A DNA stretch of 64,000 bases from positions 33,087 through 97,086 of the forward strand of contig CBDUOH010000001.1 in NCBI GenBank assembly GCA_965368815.1. The letters run 5' to 3'. The notes beneath the pieces are model-generated. The model ran no database searches and had not been told where the DNA came from. It was given only the letters and a program-made list of their open reading frames with translations. Shown here one piece after another: positions 10,032 through 17,897 of the stretch. Position 1 is the stretch's first letter. The number at the start of each line of letters is the position of its first letter. The translations under genes were made by a program, and so were the position numbers. This stretch comes from an uncultured Acidimicrobiia bacterium. GTDB taxonomy: Bacteria; Actinomycetota; Acidimicrobiia; Spongiisociales; UBA5794.

Positions 10032-11189
10032 ATGATACGGGGTGTCCTCTGGTTCGTGCAGATTGTGCTTGTCGTGCCGGCGGTCTACTCGTCGGTCGTG
10101 GCTCTGTGGGGGCTGCGATCGCGACGCCCCCGTCCTGCAGGTGCACCATGCCCGCTCCGAGTGGTCGTGGCTGCGCACGATGAGGCTGCTGTGATCGCCG
10201 GGATCGCTGCGGATCTCGGCTCACAAACCCTCGCCGACTCCCTGCTTGACGTGTGTGTCATCGCCGATCGTTGTACCGATGACACCGCCGAGATCGCCCG
10301 TCGATGGGTTCCGGTTGTCGAGCGGCCGGATGGGCAGGGGGCCAAGGGCGCCGCGATCGCCTGGTACCTCGACCAGTTTCCACTCGGGGAGGATGAATCG
10401 CTCCTGATCATCGATGCCGACAATCGGATTGCTCAGGACTTCTGCGAGGCGGTCGCTACCGAACTCGGGTCCGGCGCGACGGTTGTGCAGACATACCTCG
10501 ACGTCGGCAATCCGGACGGGTCCGCCTTGGCGACCGCGAATGCGCTGACGTATTGGGCGTCGAACCGGATGGTTCAGCTTGCGAGGACGAACCTTGGGTG
10601 GTCGTGTGATCTCGGTGGGACTGGAATGGCTCTCACGAGGGCAGCCCTTGCCGATGCCGGTGGATTCTCCGATGATCTCGCCGAGGACCTTTCGTTGAAT
10701 GTTCGGCTGAATCTCGCAGGGCATCGCGCCGAGTGGTTGCACGACATCCGCGTCATGGATGAGAAGCCGACCGGCACGGGCTCGACGGTCACGCAAAGGG
10801 CGAGGTGGGTGCGAGGTAAACGGGCCGTGCAACGGACGTACGGCCCCCGCCTCGTTGGTGAGGCGATTCGTCAGCGACAGCTCGCCTTGTTCGACCTTGC
10901 CTATCGCCTCTACAACCCCGGTCGTTCTTTCATCGCGCTTGCCATCGGCATCCTTGCCGTTGCCGCAGCGATCTGGCCGGGCGCCGGGCTCTGGCCGTGG
11001 TGGCTGCTGGCTGCGATCGGTGGAGTCGTCGTGTTGCTGCCCCTCGTGTTCCTGGCCGCCGACGGTGTGCGTGTTCGTTACCTGATTCGCTACCCGTACG
11101 TGACACTCATCGCCATGTTGTGGCTACCGATCCGCATCGCCTCGAGGCTCATCCCCAATTGGCGCAGGACTGCCCACACCGGTGGCTAG
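10032..11189 (+). CDS. Membrane-embedded processive-type GT2 synthase (D,D,D,QxxRW class)
   Basis: N-terminal TM (GVLWFVQIVLVVPAVY), IIDADN, GGTGMALTR, AEDLSLNVRLNLAG and QRARWVRG (Q-x-x-R-W), then 3-4 C-terminal TM helices. Start is uncertain: ATG 10032 is chosen, while ATG 9987 would overlap wecB. Confidence 0.8.
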   Translation: MIRGVLWFVQIVLVVPAVYSSVVALWGLRSRRPRPAGAPCPLRVVVAAHDEAAVIAGIAADLGSQTLADSLLDVCVIADRCTDDTAEIARRWVPVVERPDGQGAKGAAIAWYLDQFPLGEDESLLIIDADNRIAQDFCEAVATELGSGATVVQTYLDVGNPDGSALATANALTYWASNRMVQLARTNLGWSCDLGGTGMALTRAALADAGGFSDDLAEDLSLNVRLNLAGHRAEWLHDIRVMDEKPTGTGSTVTQRARWVRGKRAVQRTYGPRLVGEAIRQRQLALFDLAYRLYNPGRSFIALAIGILAVAAAIWPGAGLWPWWLLAAIGGVVVLLPLVFLAADGVRVRYLIRYPYVTLIAMLWLPIRIASRLIPNWRRTAHTGG

Positions 11190-12605
11190 GGGTTCAGACG
11201 TGATGTTTGGGACTTGGCGGTCCGCGACGAACAGCCACAGGGGGAGTGAAGCCAGGGCGACAAGGTACAAGCCGAAGGCGTATCGGAACTCATGGCTCGG
11301 GGACGTGAAGAACACGTTTGCCAGGTGGAGTACGAAGAGCGCACCGATCAAACGCAGTGGTCGTAGCCGTCGCCGAGCCCATATCGCGGCGAAGGTTGCC
11401 AGACCGGCCAACATCGCCAAGGCCGGCCGCCAGGTGAGCCACTCGATGGCAGAGCGTTCTGCCTCGACATAGAGCCACGAGGTCACGGCGAACGCACGGT
11501 CTGAGACCGGGTCGCGTGTGAGGGCGATGGTGTTGGGCCAAATGTCGTAGGGAGGACGATGCACGAAGGTTCCGGTGCGATTGAACGGCGAGATCAGATA
11601 TTCGCCGGCACACCACCGATGCCCGAGCACTGTCATCGGTGCACCGGCCGCGGAGCGGACGACGAGCCAGCGGTAGTCCCACGGATTGTCCCTGATGGTT
11701 GTGTTGCTGAACTGCTGATCGAACAGCAACGGGGAGCTGTCGCCACACGCATACCGATCCTGCCACACAGGAAGAGGTGCCACGGCCTCGATGAGAGCGA
11801 CGTCGCGGTCCGACAGGGATGCGGGAGCGTGGTTCACCACTGCGGCCACATCGGGCATGAATACTTGTGCTGGCTCGATCGGTTGATCCGTGACCGGGAG
11901 AGCGAGGATGAGTATTGCGGGAATCACGACCCCCACGAACCCGACGGTCGTGGCTGTGACAAACACCCGACGGATCCGTTCGCGCTCGACGATCCCGATC
12001 ACGATCAGGAAGGTGGCCACGGTGTACTTCCCGTTTGCTCGCAAAGCCCACATCAGGCCGAGGCCGATACCGAGGCGACCAGGACCCCACCACGACGCCC
12101 AGAATCTCGAACGGTCGATGGCAAGGAGCAGCAGCTCGGTGAACACCCAGCCCATGGCGATGGCGAAGGGGACATCCTTCCATATCGTCATGGTCATCGC
12201 CCCGGTCATCGGGAGCAGAGCGATGACCCATACCGTCGCGACGCCTACCGACAGGGGGACACCGATCTGGACCAGACGTCTTGCCATGAACCCGAACAGC
12301 GTTGCCATGGCGACAACCTGCAGGAGAGCAACAGCTCCCGGGGTCTCCCACATCAGTGACACAAGCCACATGAGAGATGTGTGGGCGATCGGGTGGGCGG
12401 TGCGGAACTCGAAAGTGAGCACCTGATTCCACTGATCGATCGAGTCGCTGCTCATGAACCCTGGGAACCAGCCGGCCCACCACACGAGAAGCGGGATGAC
12501 CGTTGCCACGCCGAGGGCAAACGCTGCAGTGGATGGACGTTCGAATCGCTTCTTCACAGGGTCAGCAGCGTACGGGAATCGCCCTGATATCACAGGGAAT
12601 GCCAT
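11124..12605 (-). CDS. Polytopic integral membrane protein, GT-C-like (possible polyprenyl-phosphate-sugar-dependent glycosyltransferase or polymerase)
   Basis: Start moved to ATG 12605, with GGAG 5 nt upstream. There are more than 10 predicted TM segments, an acidic first loop (FMSSDSIDQWNQ) and a large extracytoplasmic loop. Function is inferred from topology only. Confidence 0.7.
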   Translation of the reverse strand: MAFPVISGRFPYAADPVKKRFERPSTAAFALGVATVIPLLVWWAGWFPGFMSSDSIDQWNQVLTFEFRTAHPIAHTSLMWLVSLMWETPGAVALLQVVAMATLFGFMARRLVQIGVPLSVGVATVWVIALLPMTGAMTMTIWKDVPFAIAMGWVFTELLLLAIDRSRFWASWWGPGRLGIGLGLMWALRANGKYTVATFLIVIGIVERERIRRVFVTATTVGFVGVVIPAILILALPVTDQPIEPAQVFMPDVAAVVNHAPASLSDRDVALIEAVAPLPVWQDRYACGDSSPLLFDQQFSNTTIRDNPWDYRWLVVRSAAGAPMTVLGHRWCAGEYLISPFNRTGTFVHRPPYDIWPNTIALTRDPVSDRAFAVTSWLYVEAERSAIEWLTWRPALAMLAGLATFAAIWARRRLRPLRLIGALFVLHLANVFFTSPSHEFRYAFGLYLVALASLPLWLFVADRQVPNITSEPLATGVGSPAPIGDEPRGDADR

Positions 12606-12721
12606 CGGATCTCCACGGAACCGAGAATGGGCATGCTTGACGAAATCAAAGGAGAAATCCGGCGGATGGGTACACTTCGGCACCTCGTGGCACCCACCAG
12701 CTGACCCTGGAGTTTTCTTAC

Positions 12722-12907
12722 ATGCGAATCTTTGCCTACCTCGACCCTGCAACCGGGACCTTGATCGTCTCGGCGATCGTCGGCGCCTTTGCTGCCGTAG
12801 CGCTCGTGTTCAAGAACTTCTGGTACAAGATCAAAGGTGCCGTCACCCGCGATGGGTCCGATCGGGTGACTGCGGTGGAAGCATCAACCGAGGATTCGAA
12901 GAACTAG
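12722..12907 (+). CDS. Small single-pass membrane protein (61 aa)
   Basis: ATG start. MRIFAYLDPATGTLIVSAIVGAFAAVALVF is followed by a basic/acidic tail. The N-terminal YLDPxTG motif recalls small conserved proteins I have seen near polysaccharide loci. This rests on memory only. Confidence 0.5.
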   Translation: MRIFAYLDPATGTLIVSAIVGAFAAVALVFKNFWYKIKGAVTRDGSDRVTAVEASTEDSKN

Positions 12908-12929
12908 TTCTTGGTTCGCGCGTGACGAA

Positions 12930-14108
12930 CTAGATCTGGGTCCGCCCGAGGCGATCCTTGGCCAGTTCGACAAGTACCTCGGCACCCGCAGCCGCTGAAC
13001 GGCCGACGTTGTAGACCGCGGTATCGCGAATCGCCGCAAGACGTTCGCGGTATTCGTCAGCCCGGGACAACAGGTTTTCGACTGCTGCCGCCGCCGCAGG
13101 TATGTCACCGGGCTCGACGACGGTTCCGACCTGGTGTCGCATCTGATCCTCGAATGGAACGATCCCGAGCGCTTCCCAACCGGGGTTGTTCACTTTGGGA
13201 GGGACGTCGACGAACAGCACCGGACGTTGCGTGCCGAGCGCGTACTCGAATGATGCACCCGACCAGTCCGAGATGAGCAGATCGGCTTCCATGAAGCTGT
13301 CCTCGCTCGTGATGGAAGTCTCGAGCACGACATTGTCCGTTTGGCCGAAGGTGTGTGCGATCTCGTCGACAATGCCGGCACCCTCCGGGTAGATGGATTC
13401 GAAGAACGCAGGATGTGGTCGCACGACGACGCGGTATCCGGTCGTGGCCAACGCGTCAATCAGCTCGACCCCCTGGGTCGCGAGGATGTTGGCCTTGCCC
13501 CATGACGGTGCCAGGAGCACAGTCTGTCGGTCGGGATGGACCTTGGTGTACCGGTCGTAGCGACCGATGATGCCGTCGAGTTTCGGGTACCCGACGTCGA
13601 ACAGTTGATAATCGGTCTTCCCGATCTTGGCGAAGTGCTTGTCAAGCTCGTCGCGGATGTGCGGACCGGGGCACAGGAACGAGTCATACGCATCGAACGC
13701 CCCGGGCCGATACGCCATGTGGATGCTGTTGAGCGAGTGGAACGCGTAGGTCACATTGGCGTTGCGGGGTCGCTTGATGTGGAACGAGTCGAGGTCGGGC
13801 ATGGTCGTCACGAACACCGGGCTGTCGACGCGGGGCAGGAACGATACGATCGAATCCTTCACCGTATGGACGGTCATCAGGTCGTCGTGATCGTCGATCC
13901 TGGGATCGTCGGGATCCGATGTCACATACACGACGGGCATGTGATGATCCCGGACGACGGATCGGACGTAGGGACCGAGCTGGTTCCATGAATAATCGTC
14001 TTCGGCATAGACGAGTATCGGCCGATCGGTGAGCGGCATCGACAGAATGGCCTGCGCAGTTTCCTTCTCGCGCATCTGGGCCTTGATCTGTTGAAAGAAA
14101 TTCGCCAT
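12930..14108 (-). CDS. TagF-family CDP-alcohol-type phosphotransferase (CDP-glycerol glycerophosphotransferase-like)
   Basis: Start moved to ATG 14108 (MANFFQQ). VLLAPSWG, VVVRPHP and LLISDWSGASFEYALGTQRPVLFV match the Glyphos_transf pattern (LYAPTWR / HP / DYSS..F.. / PiiF). Confidence 0.78.
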   Translation of the reverse strand: MANFFQQIKAQMREKETAQAILSMPLTDRPILVYAEDDYSWNQLGPYVRSVVRDHHMPVVYVTSDPDDPRIDDHDDLMTVHTVKDSIVSFLPRVDSPVFVTTMPDLDSFHIKRPRNANVTYAFHSLNSIHMAYRPGAFDAYDSFLCPGPHIRDELDKHFAKIGKTDYQLFDVGYPKLDGIIGRYDRYTKVHPDRQTVLLAPSWGKANILATQGVELIDALATTGYRVVVRPHPAFFESIYPEGAGIVDEIAHTFGQTDNVVLETSITSEDSFMEADLLISDWSGASFEYALGTQRPVLFVDVPPKVNNPGWEALGIVPFEDQMRHQVGTVVEPGDIPAAAAAVENLLSRADEYRERLAAIRDTAVYNVGRSAAAGAEVLVELAKDRLGRTQI

Positions 14109-14175
14109 GTTTGCCCTTGTCTGTGTCGTCGTGCCGGTCGCTGCCCGGCCCATGATATGGGAATCGGTCCGTTCC

Positions 14176-15306
14176 TCAGGGAAGAGAGGCGACCAATTCG
14201 CTGAGTGCTGACGCGCTGAAATGCCGCGGGTTGCCGGCGAGGCGCTCGGTGTTCACCGACCGGGCCATCCGGTCCCTCGATTCACCTGCGGGAACTCCGA
14301 GTCGTGTGAGGCTGGTCTCGAGTCCCAGCGATGACACGAAGCTTCCCCACGCCGCCCGTGCGTCCGAGACCGGTGACCCCAGGGCATCGGCAACCTCGGC
14401 AATGACGGTCCTGACGTGGGTGCTCCCGCGGTCGTCCACGCAATCTGCATCCGTTGTCTGGCTGTTGAACTCCAGAACCGCACCGAGCGTGAGCGCGACG
14501 GCGTGGCCGTGAGGAATGCCGTAGGTGCTCGTCAGGTGGTACGACAGGGCGTGCGGAGCAGTGGTGGTGGTCTCGTCGATCGCATGCCCTGCGAGATGGG
14601 CTGCTCTGGCCATTGCAGCCCGAGCGGAGGGATCCGGATTGACGACCGCCGTGTGGAGGTTCTCGATCGCGAGGCGCATGGCTTCACGCGCACAAGTCAT
14701 CGAGGTCTCGGTGGATCTCGCGCTCCACAGCGATTCGATTGCCTGGGTGAGCGCGTCGAGTCCGGTTACGGCCGTCGTGTTCGGGGACGCTGAATAGGTG
14801 AGCGTCGGATCCAACACTGCGTGGTCCGGTCGCACCCACTCATGGGCCAGGGAGTGCTTTGTGCCATCGACGTACACGACGGAGAAATGTGTCACCTCGC
14901 TTCCGGTACCGGCGGTGGTCGGTATCGCGATCAGGGGAACAGGCCGGATCGCGATTCCCGATCCGCCAGCCAGGATGATGTCGAGCGGTGGGGTCGGCTG
15001 TGGCGCAAGAACGCGCACGCTCTTGGCGAGGTCGATCACGGACCCTCCTCCAACAGCCACGATGAGATCGGGGCTCGTGTCGGTGTGGCGGTCGATCGCC
15101 GATTCGATGGCCTCGATGGTCGGGTTCGGCGCCACATCGGATACTCGCGTGAGCGCGATGCCGTCGAGTGCTGAATCAATGAGATCGGCGGCGCCCGACT
15201 CCAGATACGAGGATCCACCGGTGAACAGCATCACCTGTCGTGGAGCGGTATGCCGCACGATGTCGGCAACATCCGCAAGTTCACTCCCGGAACAGCAGAC
15301 ACTCAC
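14176..15306 (-). CDS. Iron-type alcohol dehydrogenase, probable phosphonoacetaldehyde reductase (FomC/PhpC-like)
   Basis: VAVGGGSVIDLAK and a His-rich metal site (AHLAGHAI..HGHAV) indicate a group III Fe-ADH. GTG start overlaps the ppd stop (GTGA). The substrate is inferred from context. Confidence 0.8.
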   Translation of the reverse strand: MSVCCSGSELADVADIVRHTAPRQVMLFTGGSSYLESGAADLIDSALDGIALTRVSDVAPNPTIEAIESAIDRHTDTSPDLIVAVGGGSVIDLAKSVRVLAPQPTPPLDIILAGGSGIAIRPVPLIAIPTTAGTGSEVTHFSVVYVDGTKHSLAHEWVRPDHAVLDPTLTYSASPNTTAVTGLDALTQAIESLWSARSTETSMTCAREAMRLAIENLHTAVVNPDPSARAAMARAAHLAGHAIDETTTTAPHALSYHLTSTYGIPHGHAVALTLGAVLEFNSQTTDADCVDDRGSTHVRTVIAEVADALGSPVSDARAAWGSFVSSLGLETSLTRLGVPAGESRDRMARSVNTERLAGNPRHFSASALSELVASLP

Positions 15307-16433
15307 TGGACGCCCAGATGGGTCATGATCGCCCTCTTGTTCTCCTCAGGAGTCGAGGCAGGGCGCCCGAGGTCGCTTCGCGCACCGGACCGGACGACAA
15401 TCTCGAGCAAGGCTGGTCCCGGAGCGGCTATCAGCTCGTCGAGCTTGACGGAGATCTCCGTAGGTGTTTGTGCCGTTGCGGTGCTCCGGTACCCCGCGGC
15501 CGTTGCCAGATCCGGAATCGACGTTCTTGTGAGCGGCGTCGGCTGACCGCCCACAGAGTCATGAACACGGTTGTTGAGGACGATGTGCTTGAAGTTCCCC
15601 GAGCCGTGCTGTGCGATGACCGGTAGTGCACCGAGGTGCATCAGGAGTGCTCCGTCGCCATCGAGGACCCACACCGTGCGTTCGGTTCCCGCAAGGTCGA
15701 TGCCAAGGGCGATCTGGGAGGCATGCCCCATGCCTCCGACGGTCAGGAAGTCCTGTCCACCGTTCCTGCCGGTTTCCTGCCGGTATTCGTAGAGCTCACG
15801 AGACGTCTTGCCTGTGGTGGCCACGAGGACATCGCGCTCGCTGATGACTTCGGCAATCGCCCGGATCGCTTGTTCCCGTGAAACCGGGATGTCGCCGTCG
15901 TCGATGCCGTCGTGCACATAGCTGGCAAACGTTCCGGCCCGCACGACGATTGCGTGTGGGCGAGACTCGGATACAGCCGATGCGACCGTTGATGCGATCT
16001 GCAGTGCTGCTTCGGACTGATCGTCGGCGAGTACCACGTGGGGGATGTCGCTCGCCTCGAGCATGGCTGTCGTCACGATGCCCTGTTTCACGTGCTGAGG
16101 CTCGTCCTTGGTTCCCGGCTCACCTCTCCACCCGATCAACAACACCATGGGAATCCCGTATACCTCGTTGGCCGCCAACGACACAAGCGGGTTGATCGTG
16201 TTGCCGAGACCGGAATTCTGTAGGTATACGACTGCGGGTTTGCCAGTGGCCAGATAGTGGCCCGATGCCAGGGCGACCGCGCCGCCCTCGTTTGCTGCAA
16301 TCACGTGATTCGAGTCCACAACAGTGTCGGTCAGGTAACCGCAGAAGTCCTTGAGGAGTGAATCAGGAACACCCGTCCAGAAGCTGACGCCGGCCTCGGT
16401 GAACGTTGCAAGCGTTGCAGCGGGGTCAAGCAC
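15303..16433 (-). CDS. ppd: Phosphonopyruvate decarboxylase (ThDP-dependent)
   Basis: 376 aa. FWTGVPDSLLKDFCGYL at the N-terminus is characteristic of Ppd/sulfopyruvate decarboxylase. The ThDP motif GDGALLMHLGAL...NN is present. The gene starts 2 nt after the pepM stop. Confidence 0.9.
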   Translation of the reverse strand: MLDPAATLATFTEAGVSFWTGVPDSLLKDFCGYLTDTVVDSNHVIAANEGGAVALASGHYLATGKPAVVYLQNSGLGNTINPLVSLAANEVYGIPMVLLIGWRGEPGTKDEPQHVKQGIVTTAMLEASDIPHVVLADDQSEAALQIASTVASAVSESRPHAIVVRAGTFASYVHDGIDDGDIPVSREQAIRAIAEVISERDVLVATTGKTSRELYEYRQETGRNGGQDFLTVGGMGHASQIALGIDLAGTERTVWVLDGDGALLMHLGALPVIAQHGSGNFKHIVLNNRVHDSVGGQPTPLTRTSIPDLATAAGYRSTATAQTPTEISVKLDELIAAPGPALLEIVVRSGARSDLGRPASTPEENKRAIMTHLGVQ

Positions 16434-16435
16434 CG

Positions 16436-17734
16436 TCAGGCCCCACCCTCGATCAGCGTCAGGATCTCTCTGATGGGCATGCAGAATTCATCGGCCTCAA
16501 GCGCTCGCTTGTGCTCGAGGATCGACAACGCGGTCTTCTCCATGGCGGGATAGGCGGCTCGGAGCAGGTGGTTTGCGTAGATGACGATTTGGAACCCGTG
16601 ATCGCGTAGCTCCTCCTCGGTGACCTGTGCGTAGCCCGATGGAACAGCGATGAGAGGAACCGACATCCCGTTCGCCGCATATTGTTCCGCGAACTGGAAC
16701 AGCTTGGTCGGGTCCTTCTCCTTGTGGTGGGGCATGATGCAGTCCGCCCCCGCTTCGACGTAGAGCTTGGCCCGCTCGATCGCATCGTCCACGGATTTGC
16801 CGAGAATCAAGGATTCGATGCGGGCGATGACGGCGAAATCGCTGGTCACCTGGGCAGCCTTCCCCGCTCGGATCTTGTTGGCGAATGCCACCGGATCATC
16901 CTGTGTCTGATCGACATCCGTCCCGAACAGGGAGTTCTTCTTCAAGCCCACCTTGTCCTCAATGATCACAGCGCTCACGCCGAGGCGTTCCAAGGTCTTG
17001 ACCTGGAACGCGAAGTGCTCGGTGATGCCGCCCGAATCCCCGTCGAGGATGATCGGTTTGGTCGTGACCTCGAGGATGTCCTGGATCGTCTGGAGTCGCG
17101 ACGTCAGGTCGACGTATTCGATGTCCGGCCTGCCCTTGGCCGTCGAGTCGGTGAGGCTCGATATCCAGATCGCATCGAACTCCTCGTTGACGCCGTCGTC
17201 CTTGTAGGCGGTGTGCTCGGCGATCAATCCCGTGAGTCCGTTGTGGGCCTCGATCACCCGGACCGTGGGCTTGGCGTCGAGGAGACGTCGGAATCGGCGC
17301 ATGCGGACCTCAGGAGTCGTTCCGACCTCCTTGACCGCCTTGTTGAGTTGGGTCGACGAGATACCGGGTGTGTATTCGGGCTCGACGAGCTGTCCGCCCC
17401 ACTGTGCAAGCGCGTCGATGACCCTTTGGCGCGTCTTTTGTTGAGGACCGGTCTTCCAGTCGTCGCCATGGACCACATAGTCGGGCTTGAGGGCCATCAG
17501 ATTCGGTACATAGTCCAATGTCTCCTGAGCTACCACCTTGACGACACCCTGGAGTTCGCTCACCACCGCGAACCGGTCACGATACGTCATGTACGGGAGC
17601 CGCTTGTAGCTGGCAATTGCCTCGTCGGTCAGGAGACCAATGGTCACATCGCCCAGTCCGCGGGCAACGTTGAGGACATTGATATGTCCCGGATGGATCA
17701 GATCGGCGCTCATCGCGACGTAGACAGATGGCAT
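16436..17734 (-). CDS. pepM: Bifunctional cytidylyltransferase-PEP phosphomutase (Fom1-like fusion)
   Basis: Start moved to ATG 17734, with GAGGAG upstream. The N-terminal ~135 aa carries [10 protein letters not shown] (HxGH) and [10 protein letters not shown] (RTxGISTT-like), i.e. the TagD/ECT cytidylyltransferase family. The remainder carries [19 protein letters not shown] and [12 protein letters not shown] (the EDKxxxxxNS PepM signature). Confidence 0.9.
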   Translation of the reverse strand: MPSVYVAMSADLIHPGHINVLNVARGLGDVTIGLLTDEAIASYKRLPYMTYRDRFAVVSELQGVVKVVAQETLDYVPNLMALKPDYVVHGDDWKTGPQQKTRQRVIDALAQWGGQLVEPEYTPGISSTQLNKAVKEVGTTPEVRMRRFRRLLDAKPTVRVIEAHNGLTGLIAEHTAYKDDGVNEEFDAIWISSLTDSTAKGRPDIEYVDLTSRLQTIQDILEVTTKPIILDGDSGGITEHFAFQVKTLERLGVSAVIIEDKVGLKKNSLFGTDVDQTQDDPVAFANKIRAGKAAQVTSDFAVIARIESLILGKSVDDAIERAKLYVEAGADCIMPHHKEKDPTKLFQFAEQYAANGMSVPLIAVPSGYAQVTEEELRDHGFQIVIYANHLLRAAYPAMEKTALSILEHKRALEADEFCMPIREILTLIEGGA

Positions 17735-17897
17735 GGGTGGTGCTCCTCGGAGGTTGTGACCGCCTCGGTCCTGCTCGACGCGGGCGATACCGCTGCCATT
17801 GCAAGCCGTATCTGGGGACATGATACCGACAGGGATAGGGTTGCGCCGTCACGGATCGTCGGACCTGTTTCAGGTTCATCGTCATACACTTGCCCGG
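17735..17897. promoter_or_regulatory. Divergent intergenic region between the phosphonate operon and the LtaS-like gene (presumed promoters)
   Basis: Positional only: 163 bp between divergent start codons at 17734 (-) and 17898 (+). I could not call -10/-35 elements confidently. Confidence 0.3.
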
